Source of the DNA: Macrostomum lignano
Lineage: Eukaryota
DNA: 64,000 bases
Direction of reading: 5' to 3'
NCBI GenBank assembly: GCA_002269645.1
Contig: NIVC01003792.1
Coordinates: 12,593-76,592, forward strand
The notes beneath the pieces were generated by a model that was not told where the DNA came from, made no database searches, and was given only the letters and a program-made list of their open reading frames with translations. Below, one piece after another: positions 53,101 to 64,000 of the stretch. A program made the translations under genes and the position numbers. Position 1 is the stretch's first letter; every line of letters begins with the position of its first letter.

Positions 53101-56100
53101 TGCAAATAATCGTTTTAGTGCTTTTATCACGTCGGTTTGATGGTTTGAGTAAAGACCCCAGATACTAAAACTGGGGTCAACTAGTGGGTGACTTCAAAGC
53201 ACAGGGAGATACTGGGCTAACGCACCTGTTTGCTGACTGGCGGCGCGCCTGTCTCCTGTCCTTCTCTCACCCTCCGCAGCCCCTGCTTGGACTCAACCGC
53301 AGGGATATCAGGGCGGTGACAATCCCTCTCGGGCCGTGACTGTTTTGCCAGACATCGCTACCTCCTGGGAAAAATCCGCAGTGAGAGGTATGCCCGTTCT
53401 GCCTCTACGTAAGTCATGTAATTAGTCAAGCTAGCTCGTATTTGTACATTTTAAGAATTTCGGGGTCGCATTCGCCAGTTTGAAATTTCACATCCTGGAA
53501 AAGTCTTATCTGTTACTTTTTTGAAGAGTGAAACTTCACAAGCTCAAATTTTCATATCGCGAAGTTATTTTAAATTTTGGATTGCGGGAGTGACTAGCAC
53601 GGGTTTTCAAAGTTGTGAAATTTCTTGTGAAGCGCCCCTATTATGTTTTATTGCGAGTAGTCAAATGTAGCTCGTAAAATAAAATTTCTTTTTCTCACGG
53701 ATTTGTTGCCTGAACATCCGCCTTCATGTAGCCATGCCGGTTGTATAAATCTATAGACGGACACGTATAGATGTCTGGATCGGCGCCTCCAGTTGCTCCG
53801 GCCAAAGGATAATCAAAATCTCTAGAAATATTTCATTTGAAGAAAACGAATTTTATGTTTAATAACAGGAAGAGTAAAAAACAATTTCTGTTAAGGATCC
53901 AGCCAGACATTTTTGCTACAGTGAAAATTCACAAGGATGGCTAGATTTTTCTCGCACATGGTCAAAGAAGATTCATGTCACTAGCCTTCGAAATCGTCCG
54001 AGATTTCAATGACATTCAATAATAATGATATTCAACAATGATATTCAAAGATATTCAATGATTTTGCCAGAAGGTCCGGATTTTTTCCCTCAGAATGCAT
54101 TCAGTGCACCCCCTAGGCAGAAATTACGAGCAAGCGCTGCAACTCAGTGCGGCCTTGCCAAGCCTTCAAATTTCGTTATTGTCTCTGACTTTAACGGCCT
54201 TCTTCTAGGCGAAACTTCCGGACATTCAGCAGGCATTGGGTGCGAGACTACGTAGGCACCCTATTTCGACATTTTTCAAGCACCGTAACTGATGGGGGAT
54301 CCTCAACTAGGGAAGACCGACTTTTTTTAGAAATAACGAAGAACGCTCATATTTGCAGGAGGGCTGTGGGCACCCTGACGCATCGCTTTGTGTGACGTGG
54401 GAATGTGATGTGCGAAATCGTCCCACAACCCGGCGCTGAGGCAATTCTGATTCCGCTGACTCCTGAACTCATTCTGTACGCAAATTTGTAAAGCGGCCCT
54501 TTGACTTTCTAATTGCCAGGCATGTGCAACTCTCCGTGCCTTGGAGGGGGGGTTGCCCGCAATTTGACTTTCTAATTGCCAAGCATGTGCAACTCTCCGT
54601 GCCTTGGAGGGGGGGGTTGCCCGCAATTTGACTTTCTAATTGCCAGGCATGTGCAACTCTCCGTGCCTTGGAGGGGGGGGTTGCCCGCTCTCCGTGCCTT
54701 GGAGGGGGGGTTGCCCGCAATTTGACTTTCTAATTGCCAGTGCATGTGCAACTCTCCGTGCCTTGGAGGGGGGGGGTTGCCCGCAATTTGACTTTCTAAT
54801 TGCCAGGCATGTGTACTCTCTGTGCTATAGGGGGGGGGGGTTGCCCGCAATTTGACTTTCTAATTGTCAGGCATGTGCACTCTCTGTGCTATAGGGTGGG
54901 GGGGGGGTTGCCCACAAGGGTGTGAAAAGCACGACGAGAATTTACGAGTGCAAGCGCCAAGTTGATGTGGGTGTTCATTTAATCAAATGAGGTACCAGAG
55001 GGAGGTCGCATCGCGAGAGTCAGACGCGTTTTCCGGTGACTCTGTTCCGCCTTTTTTGAACTCCACTTTGGTAAATTTGCTTTTAAACTCTTTTAATCAA
55101 TGGAAAACTACTACTGGCTATTGATAGGTATAAGTCTGTAAATAAATACCGCAGTTGCGGCGCCTCTCATATGAGTGATGGAAAGTAAACGGGAGCTTAA
55201 ATTTTTTTCAGATTTTTTTAAGCAGAGCAGAACAGCATTGTTTTGTCAGCGCACCCAACTGGAGCTTTTGAGTACATGTAGTATGCTAGTAGTATACTGA
55301 GCAAACTTAAACAAGTTGTCGAGATTGAACACCAAAAAATTTTAAGCTTACGGTTCGATTCCTTGATCACGTGTCGCCGCTCGAATCGGATCGGGTTGTA
55401 GATACTCACATTCATCAGTTTTTTGGGCACTATTGAGGAAATATGATTATTTTTTCACGGTTAATTTTTTCTAAGAAAATGATTTTAATTTACTGTTTTG
55501 TTTGCGACAGATAAAGAGAGTATTGACTGTTCGCGCTTTTGCGTTGCTCTTCCTATCATTTTCGTGAAGGTCATCAGTGCAATTTACTGATGAACTTGAG
55601 ACACCAATGACTAAAGGATGCTACAATGGCAAATTGTGAAATCTGCACAGAGAATATTGTCACGCAGTATCAGATAAGATATGGTCGATACTCTCTGAAT
55701 CAAAGACGCAATCAAATGATTCGAGACCAAGAACATCTCGTACACGTAGCCATTCTAATATAAAAGATACCTGTACTCGTTCGAACTCTTAGTTCTTCTC
55801 CAAAAGATGGCTTTTGACGGGAGAATACTTAGTGCCCTGCTGCAATAAAGTTTAAAGGAAACGAATATTAGGAGAGCGTAGTAAAATATTCAGCGTAAGG
55901 CATATCAGACGAAAAGTAATAAAAAGTAAAATGAACACGTACCTTTTGTTTGTTTTTGACAAAGTCTGATTGTACTTCGTGAAAATAATCTCTTCAAAAA
56001 CTTCCCGGACACTCTCAGGATTCAGAGCGGAGCACTCTTTGTAAGTCTCAGCGTTGATAATTTTTCGCAGATCACGGCCTTCGAACTGACTAATCGATGT

Positions 56101-56475
56101 CGAACTGTCTCGCAGGTCCCGCTTGGTTCCAACCAGAATAAAGGACGCCTTGTGGAAGAGCTTTCTGCACCTTTTAAACCATTTTCTTCTCACGTTTTCA
56201 TAGCTCGCTCGGCAATCGATGGCAAAGCAGAGAAGCACAACATTCGCCTTTGGGTAACTCGGCATGTCGACAAAGCATTCGTCCTTACTGGGCGAGTCCC
56301 ACAGTGTGATCTGAAATGTGTGTCCCTCTAAAGTGCTCTCCATGCTGTGTTTCTTAAAGCAGTCAGTGGGGATGTGCATGCGCTGGAATTCTATGCCTAA
56401 TTGGCAGTCAATCAGGCAGGACTTGCCAACCGCTTCGTCGCCGATGGCGAGGCAATTGATCTTGTTTGAACTCAT
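49359..56475 (-). CDS. Predicted tandem Rho-like GTPase - Rho-like GTPase - caspase fusion protein (~925 aa, 7 exons)
   Basis: Exons 56475-55943, 53099-52962, 52268-52203, 52103-51483, 51329-51210, 51136-50606 and 50127-49359. All six introns are GT-AG and phase 2. The exons are open in one frame and sum to 2778 nt. The link across the 2.8-kb intron (55942-53100) is the least certain. Confidence 0.8.
50653..50955 (-). repeat. Coding tandem repeat, 45 bp / 15 aa (EQTEVYPSQEPTGPA), ~6.7 copies, in exon 51136-50606
   Basis: Near-perfect copies visible; unit length is a multiple of 3 and the frame is open. The exon has a TTTAAACAG acceptor and a GTGAGC donor. Confidence 0.95.
51483..52103 (-). 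CDS. Atypical Rho/Rac domain exon (GTPase 1 of the fusion)
   Basis: GDEKVGKT (G12E), YVPTETDD, WDNSGSR (Q61S), TKMD, ECSA; no CAAX. It ends CAA AA|GTAAG, so the ORF-track stop lies inside a donor site. Confidence 0.9.
53183..53406 (+). mobile_element. Degenerate internal fragment of the same LINE family as 37.5-43 kb, lying in an intron
   Basis: Aligns by eye to ~42460-42685 (CTTCAAAGCACAGGGAGA, CTGCTTGGACTCAACCGCAGGGA, GGAAAAATCCGCAGTGAG). Confidence 0.85.
54500..54917. repeat. Tandem repeat, ~63-bp unit (TTTGACTTTCTAATTGCCAGGCATGTGCAACTCTCCGTGCCTTGGAG(G)nTTGCCCGCAA), ~6-7 copies
   Basis: Period of 63 (54500 vs 54563); one internally deleted unit; G-runs lengthen toward the right. Confidence 0.93.
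55943..56475 (-). CDS. Highly divergent Rho-like domain exon (GTPase 2)
   Basis: GDEAVGKS, HIPTDCF, WDSPSKD (G60S, Q61K), TKRD, ECSA. Phase-2 donor AG|GTACGT at 55942; strong acceptor TTTTTTAG at 56527, 51 nt upstream of the ATG. Confidence 0.85.
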
Positions 56476-58165
56476 GCTGCTGCTCTGTCAGCTGCTAGCG
56501 CCAGGCTGTCTATCAACGCTGTATACCTAAAAAACAACTGGGCAAAGTCCCGTCTCATTTTCAAGATTGCATTCAATTTAAGATGGTAATTCTTTGCTCT
56601 GCAGTCTAGTGGATAAAATGCCCTCGGAAACTAACGTTCGTTATTGTTCATGAAGCGTCCATCTTTCAGTTTAAACTGTCTTTATTGCAAGCATAAAACA
56701 CTGGCCCTAATGCTGGGGAGGGGGAGGGAAGAGGGGTATTCATTTGAGCACAATATCATTGATATCAGAAACGCATTGTTCTTCAGGCCAGCTCCATTGA
56801 ATCTGACTCAAGCACCACATTTTGTAGCACATTTTGAGCTGGAGCGAATAAACAAAAAAAAATTCTTTGAAAAAGGGTTTCGAAAAAAATCTGTTTGCAT
56901 ATTGCAGAGTAGAAGCTCGAGCCTGGCTTACGCTGAAGACGTGACGGTGATGCTGCTGAGTGCAACTCTCCTCTCCAATACGACCAAGCAACCTTGGAGC
57001 CAAGAGTAGAGAGAGTAGACAACAGAGAGCTATGGCTCGTATTTGCCTTACTCCGTCTACTTCGTATATTCCGCCAGCACCCAGCCTCTCATGCAAGCAC
57101 TCTGATAACGCTGTAAGCGCCAACCTTGTACTCAAAGAGTGTCTTTCATAAGATACCTCTTTTTGCGACCTTCTCACGCACTTTTAAACGCCGTTTCGGT
57201 GCCATTTTTAATCTGACAATTAATGGATGGCGACCCCGACTGCAAAGCATGATTGACTGTCGTTTGTGAGACGCTTTATTGAAGATGCAGACTTGCTTTA
57301 CTTGTCGACTTTTACATGCATTCGACATTAAATTTAACATACAGTGACATACGTCGTATGCTTAGTACCCTCGTATGCCATGTAATCTTCACTAAAATTC
57401 AGGCCTGGTTTTCAATAAAGCTCATTTCTTTAGGTCTAAAGAAACACGTGCGGCAGCTATCAGAGAGTAGCGGGTAACAAAAAATATTTTATTTAGTCTC
57501 CTTTAATTTCTGCTTAAAGGAGATATTTTGCTCAAAAAGTCACTTAAAGTAGGAAGGCGCAGAAAATATGGATAAATCTAAAAATGGGGCGCTGCATTTG
57601 AATTTGATGAGACCTCAACACACTGCATGATAACAAAAGAAGCAAAGAATCTGTGTGCTACTGATAGTTTTAAGGTGAAAATATGGCAGAAAAATAGCAA
57701 GCCTATTTACAACTGAATATCAAGGGAACTATGTGAATGTGAAAAAATGAGTACGTTAAGAATCAACGGTAATCTAAGAACGGGAGCTGCTCAACAACAC
57801 ATGTGCAATTACAGTGCGCAGTTACTACGACCTAATCCATTAATCTACGCTCGTATCTATCAAGTTACGGGTCCTGCGTAAGCGTCTGCACATATGGTGT
57901 AATGTCATCAAAGACGGACCAAAGCAACTGATGATATTGGCTTACAAGTTATGTTAAAGTTCTTATGAGTCTGGAAATCGAAAGCTACGAGAGTACGAAC
58001 GAAAAACAGCAGGTACTGTGAATTCAGGATCATTTTAATATGGAGCCGAATATGCGTTTAAAATGGTACTGCTAATAGAGGTTGTCATGCACGATTTGTA
58101 TTGAATACAGATTTAGCCCATATTGTCATGAGTGCGTTGGTTTCTTGTATTCAATTTCGATCGAT

Positions 58166-60555
58166 CTACCCGTGATGATTTTTGCTTTCTGTTTTTCTCA
58201 CGGAAGCCAATACCGCCTGTCTAAAGATGTCTTCCACAGCTGTTCTACACAGAGCGGAGCACTCTAGATACACTTCAGCACCGATCTCTTTAGCCAACTG
58301 CTCGCCCTGAGTCACGCTGATTGGAACGAGATTCCTTTCCTCCAGCTTGTCGATGGTCTCTGGGTCATCGCGCAGATCGGAATTCGTTCCGACCAGGATA
58401 AATGGCTTTTCAGGACAATGACGGCTCACTTCCGGGTACCACTTGGCCCGTACATTCTCGAAACTAGCAGAATTGATGAGGGAGAAGCAGATGATAAACA
58501 CATCTGATTGGCGATACCGCAGAGGCCTTAAGCGGTCAAAGGACTCCGCACAGCTCACGTCCCACAAGCGGAGACACAGTTGGCTTCCAGCCAGTGAACC
58601 CTCCACGGCAAAGCAGTCGTCGGTCTCTGTGGGAACATACTCCTGAGGACACTGGTCCTCTGCGAATGCGGTCAGCAGACTGGTCTTGCCAACCGCTTCA
58701 TCTCCAACTATGACGACTTTTAATGTTATTGTGTCACTCTTCGTCTTTGATTCGGCGGTTCGAAACACGACAATAGTTTCCGGATAATCAACTCGAGAAC
58801 TAGGCTCTCTGAGGTTTTCCGAGACTGGCTCTCGCTGAGCACTGGCGGACTCCGTGTCCGAGCTTTCGTCGTCACTTTCTGTTTCGGATGTCGGCTGCTC
58901 GTCTTCGCTGAGCTCGGGACTCACGGCTTCTTGTGTACTGCAAGACATTGTTAAGAGGGAAGATTACGCATTCCCGTAGACAGATAACTGTGTCTGCAAT
59001 CCTTCATAGCTTGAGTTCCAGTTAGAAAAAGCTTACCTCGAAGCAGGCTGTTGGGGCTGATCCAAAACTTCAGCGGATGAAGTGTCCGCTGGCTCGCAAG
59101 TTTCACTCGAAGCTTTGGTTTTCTTATCGTGCGACTTCTGTTGTCTAAAAAATATGAGCATATGGGATACATTTTCCACTGCTCTGGTTTTGGCAAGGAA
59201 TGCTATTATTCTGAATAATTTCAAATTTAAGAAACAGTCGTACGATGCGATATTGTACGAGTATGTTTTCCCAGGGCGTAAACCGCGGAAAAAGGCTTTA
59301 ATCGATGATGGAGATCTGCAAGTTTTTTTAAATAAGCTCGTGCAAAAAACTCGTATTAGTGGCTAATTAAAAAGAATTCTAACAGAATTTTAAAACAAAA
59401 ATTACTCCAGAAGAGGAGCTAGAGTATTTACTTAATGCTCGGCTCATCAGGTGAAGTTTCGGTCTCGGAATCTTTGGTTCCACCATCGGAAAGAACACTT
59501 TGCCTGCAAGGGTTCATTGGAAATCTTGTTGCAAAATATTTTAATGAATATATTTCAGGAATAAAGTGTGCTCCAGCAAATTACTTGATAGACGTTTCAG
59601 AGTTCCTTCTCGACGACGATAGCGAATGAAGGAACGAAACGACTTTCTTGGAATCTCTGAAATTATTGCAAGTTGTTAAGTAGTGTGTGGCGATCTTGTT
59701 TTTGAAAGCGTTCTCGCTCACGCATTTTGATAGCTCGTGCATTTTAAATCTGTGAAAAAACTCGAGAAGTACCCAAGCCAGAATCTAAAGAGCTTTGATT
59801 ATTTTTCAAAGCTCTTTGCTGATAACTTTCACTTCTGTTGGCCCTTTATAAAAGATTCTTGATACACATGTACAACATTTTTAACCTACAAGTGAACTCA
59901 AACAGTGGCTGAAACTATCTTTACGCACCCGTGGTGTTCATTTTTCTTCTTTTTGCCATTGCGAGCGTCAGAAGAGTTAAGAACTAAGCGAGCGGCCTCT
60001 TCGAACACTTCTTTTAATCCTTGCTGAGTAATTGAGGAGCATTCCATGTACTTTGCCGCATTGATTTCCTTGACGAATTCGTTGGCTTGCTCAGCTGTAA
60101 GGTTTTTCTCAGCATCTTCTTCCTTGGTCTCGCTTATTTTCAAACCTGTTCGCATGTCAAGCTTTGTTCCAACCAAAATAATGCGTGCTGAGGGGCAGTG
60201 GTGGCTCAACTCCGGGTACCACTTTGTACGCACATTGCCAAGCACAAGTTCGGCTGACTTGGTCAAGTCAAGGCAGATGATAAACACGTCTGTCTGCGGA
60301 TAGGCGACTGGTCTGAGAGTGTCGTAGCCTTCACTGCCTCCCGTGTCTGTCAGCGCCAGTTCGATAGACTCCGATTCCATGGGCAGCCGAGCTGAGTACG
60401 TTTTGTAAATTGTTGGAATAAACGTGTCTGGCATTGAGCCATTTACGTAGGTCTCAATCATGCAGGTCTTGCCAGCGGTAGAGTCGCCAACAATAACACA
60501 TTTGATCATTCTCATGATTGCTGCTATCAAACTTCCGACAAGTTTTTTTGCAGAG
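58166..60555 (-). CDS. Multi-exon unit encoding two further atypical Rho domains (GTPase 4 - Ser/Glu-rich linker - GTPase 3), ~536 aa if it starts at ATG 60515 and ends at 58166
   Basis: Exons 60555-59929 (GDSTAGKT, FIPT, DTGGSE, TKLD), 59656-59585, 59503-59432, 59144-59037 and 58937-58170 (GDEAVGKT, YVPTETDD, WDVSCAE, TNSD). All junctions are GT-AG, phase 2 and in frame. The 3' end is unresolved (stop at 58166, or donor GTAGAT). Confidence 0.8.
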
Positions 60556-60912
60556 CTGGGTTAACTGCCAAGTCGAAGGAGGCACTAAATAACGTTCTAC
60601 ATCGTTATTTCTCATCCGTGATGTTTCGGGTGTACATATTTGGATAGAAAGGGCCGGAGTTATATTTAGCTCTTACAAAACAGAAGACAGCACAATTCCG
60701 CGATTCTGATAGCACCGTGTACGTCTAGACGGGTAAGCAGGCGAACTACAAAAAAGGCAGAAGAATGAAAAGAGGGCCTCTGAGTTTTCACTGCATTGGG
60801 CGAAGTAGAGAAGTAGACAAAATAGTATCTGTACATCCATCAAGGCCAGCAGGTAAATGTTTGTGTGCTTGAAATTTCTATTTATGTTTAAGAATAAAAG
60901 AGGCCCAGAAAA

Positions 60913-60917
<5 letters not shown>

Positions 60918-60976
<59 letters not shown>
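60918..60976. repeat. (AG)n / (AGAGAC)n microsatellite
   Basis: Directly visible. Confidence 0.97.
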
Positions 60977-61275
60977 TTCAAGTCCCCCCTATGTTTTACA
61001 GAATTATGTATCAAAGAAAATATACTGCAAGTTACTACTCGTACGAGTAGCATACTAAGTGAGCAAGTCTACAACCGTCACGAAGAATGTCGAGTAGTTT
61101 TCTGAAAAAAAACTTTCCGAGGAAAAACTAAAAATTAAACATTTTAATTAAGAGCACCATTAGAATTAAAACTCTTGACCCATTGCTTCGGAGTTGAATT
61201 ACATGAGTCTGCTTTTATTAATTAAGTCTGCTTTTAAACTTAATAGAGTCGAGTCACTGGAGACTGCCATCAAGA

Positions 61276-61848
61276 TCAGCCAGGGGTTGGATTTACATGT
61301 AGAAAGCATTTCTTTGATGACTGCAACGCCGTCTGCGAGACTGCAAAAACTTTGCTGCCTCCTGCCGCAGTCCGGGTTTGAGGCGCTTATTTACATGAGT
61401 CCGCATGTCCGATATGCGCTCTTCCATGCGCCTTCTCGAGGTCGCACATGGCCTGAATAAATTGATCTCATCTCTGAAAGCTATGTAGTCCTCAGTGTTG
61501 GTGTAGCACATCAAGAATTCGCTGTCCATCGAGTAGTTCGGATCGACCAAGTACGTTCTCTAACTTAGTAGCGGCCCAGGATGGATTGAATTTCTAGAGG
61601 CTCGCCGTCACTACCATGGATCCGATCGTGCATTCTGTGAGCCATTATGAAGCAGAAAAAGCATCCGTGATCTTTAATCTTAGAGATGAGTGCGAAGCAG
61701 TTTTTACGTAGTTCAGCAATCTAGTTGCACTTCAAATTCTCGTGCACACGGGCTCTCATGTCTGTGAGCCGTCTCTATTCATTCTGATTGAATTCACAGA
61801 GATTAATAACCAAAGCTCTAGGCCCTGGGGGATGTCACCTGATGGTAC
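61276..61848 (-). pseudogene. Caspase pseudogene exon paralogous to the 49.4-50.1 kb exon
   Basis: Manual translation gives YHQVTSP, ALVIN, VHENLKCN*, DHGCFFCFIMAHRMHDRIHGSDGEPLEIQSI, DSEFLMCYTNTED, DMRTHVNKRLK and VSQTALQSSKKCFL. It has in-frame stops, frameshifts, His-Gly changed to His-Arg, and the QACRG region is missing. Phase-2 acceptor ACAACAG at 61849. Confidence 0.85.
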
Positions 61849-62169
61849 CTGTTGTCAAGTTAATTTAAATACCCCATCGGCAAGGATCTGATTTTGTCTC
61901 AACGGTGCCCGCGTAAGGTAGCTGGGCAAGTAAGGCGAGGCGGCCTCCCAGTGCTTAGACACTATACGAGTAGTAGCATGCAAATGAAATGTTGATTCAT
62001 AGGTTATATAGGAGCTAGCCAGGTTTGCTTGTCAGAAAACTTACGTCTTCTTCTAAAAGCACGGAGTGTGAATAAGAACCCGAACGAATAGTTCGGTAAA
62101 GAGTGGCATAGGGTGAAACGATCGAAGTTTCTAAAATTAAATTTCTAATTCTAACTTTATTCTTTGAGA

Positions 62170-63400
62170 AGCGCTATAGCTAAGACAATCCTTGTGACCT
62201 CCCCGATGAAAACGGTACCCAGGCCAAAAAGCGTCCCGGAGTCTCTTGCGTCGCCCCAGAGTCGTTTCAGACGCGTTGCAGATGACATACAGAGTAGGTC
62301 AAATAGAAAAGAAGTGACTCTAAACGACTCTAAAACGACGACATCTACGGTAAAAGTCGCCAAAAAGTCGTCTAAGAGTCGCCCCAGAATCACTTTGAAA
62401 CTTGTCTGCGGCTTGTCTGCGGCTCTGATTCTGGGGCGACGCAAGTGATTCTGACGCGAATCTAGTGACTCTGGGGCGACGGTATACGAGCCTAACAATT
62501 ATGGGGACGTAGAGTCATATTTGAGGCGTTCCAGAGTTGCATTATAATCGCTGAGTTGTGAATGAAGCGCATTTGCATCGCTTGATGAATTAGACTCACA
62601 TTTCCGGCGGTTCAGCGGCGCTCTGCAGTCGCATTAAAGTCGCAGAAGAAGAGCTTTAGCGTCACTGTAGAATCGTTAGTGCGTCACTTCGTAGGCGTTA
62701 TGGACGCGTTACAGAGTCGTTACTACCGGCCATTTTTGGCGAATAGAAAACGCATGCTCATCGGCTCAGAAGTGATGCGCTCAAGATTCTACAGCGACGC
62801 TGAAGAGCTTCTGCGACTTTTATGCGACTGCAGAACGCCTCTGAAACGCCGGAAATGTGACTCGAAATTAATCTCGTCGTTTTAGAGTCGTTTCGAATCA
62901 CTTCTTTCCTAATTGACCTGTCATCTGCAACACGTCGGAAACGACTCCGAACTCTGGTCGTTTTCCGGGTCGTTTCTTGGCACTTCTTTCCTAATTGACG
63001 AGGAACACAGTCGGAAACGACTCTGAGGCGACGCAAGTGATTCCGGGACACTTCTTGGCCTAGGTACGTTTTCATCGGGCGAGGAACACTCAGTATTAGC
63101 CTAATTGCACTTAAACTAGCCTACTGAGTTGTAGGAACTTAAGCGCCAGCACAACGATTATTGGACGACTTTTTCGCGACTCTTTTACGATTCTAAAACT
63201 CACGTATGCGCTTGTGATGCAACAGTCACCTCTCCGTTCGCAGTTTTAGTTGTTAAAAAGTCACAAGAGTCGCCCCAGACGCACAAGAGTCACTAGTGAG
63301 TTGTTTGCAATGACTCTTTAGCGATTCTTGTCACGGTATCGTTTTCAACGGGCTCTTTTGAAAACACTCTTGAGTCAAACTCTTATAAGTAGTCACACTC
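62170..63400. repeat. Foldback-like non-coding repeat rich in GAGTCG/CGACTC and GTCGCCCCAG motifs
   Basis: Inverted similarity between ~62259-62340 and ~62875-62950; GTCGCCCCAG and CTGGGGCGAC recur in both orientations. Boundaries approximate. Confidence 0.6.
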
Positions 63401-64000
63401 ATAGGTGCGGAGCTCTTAAAATATTTGTTTGATTTTAGTAGCTAATTTTTCCGCTTATCGTCTAGAAATCGGTGTCCACTTCTTTTCTCTCTCCATTTTT
63501 ATTGCGTTGTCTTGTCGCTCTGGAAGTTCTGCTTGGATCCAACCAGAATAACTGGGTTGTTAGGGCTCTATTGCTCAAACAGAGGCTAAATAGGCATCAG
63601 ATATTTTTGTAGAAAGGACGGTGGAAAATTGATTCGTTGCTTAGATGGCTCGCCAGCAACGGTTCACTTCGAGATTGGCATTTTAGCTTGTAGATCAAGA
63701 GCCAAATCGAAACTAAGCAAATCCACACTTAATCATTTCTTAGCCTTAATGGTTGGGGCAACAATTTCTGCGCTGAAACAGTTATGTACACAACGAGTCG
63801 ACTTGACGAACGTACATTCAAGCTTATCGCAACACACCCAAGTGTACTTAAGAATTCAGCTGTGCATGATGCCATGCATTTATACAACTGTTAATGCTCG
63901 CATTTTGTGATAGAGGCATGTAGAAGAGTGAATTCTGTCACCGGAAGTGAGCTGCATGCATGTCTTGGTAAGAGACAAAAATCGATATAGAGTGCTGATG

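Noticed and set aside
55852-55942. Hydrophobic C-terminal tail (YVFILLFITFRLICLTLNILL) suggesting a Miro-like tail anchor on GTPase 2
   Set aside because: It begins exactly at a phase-2 GT donor, and AT-rich intron sequence commonly translates as F/I/L. It could only arise by intron retention, for which there is no evidence.
61293-61300. Possible phase-2 donor linking the caspase pseudogene to GTPase 4
   Set aside because: The upstream exon has multiple stops and frameshifts, and its ancestral frame ends at its own stop (61276), so it is a dead terminal exon.

Overview
Animal (metazoan) genomic DNA with GT-AG spliceosomal introns and many repeats. The composition and gene style suggest a Macrostomum-like flatworm, but this is a low-confidence inference. 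Left part (1-28 kb): a tandemly duplicated hairpin-ended repeat with a minisatellite, several simple tandem arrays, a candidate single-pass membrane protein gene, a 3-exon Phactr (RPEL/PP1) gene with an N-myristoylation motif downstream of a dense TATA/CRE/Ets-CArG/MEF2/AP-1 promoter, and an intronless TTLL10-like ligase. Middle (28-49 kb): three intronless canonical Rac genes, a catalytically dead caspase-like exon, a defective APE-RT-RNase H non-LTR retrotransposon and an apparently intact 4-exon THAP/P-element transposase. Right part (49-62 kb) is the main discovery. By hand-splicing, every junction is an in-frame phase-2 GT-AG junction, giving a ~925-aa protein made of two divergent, probably hydrolysis-deficient Rho/Rac domains, acidic, proline-rich and 15-aa-repeat linkers, and a C-terminal caspase domain with intact His-Gly and QACRG. 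No death-fold prodomain is visible. Directly upstream is a second multi-exon unit with two more atypical Rho domains, preceded by a caspase pseudogene. All gene models are manual predictions and need RNA-seq confirmation.
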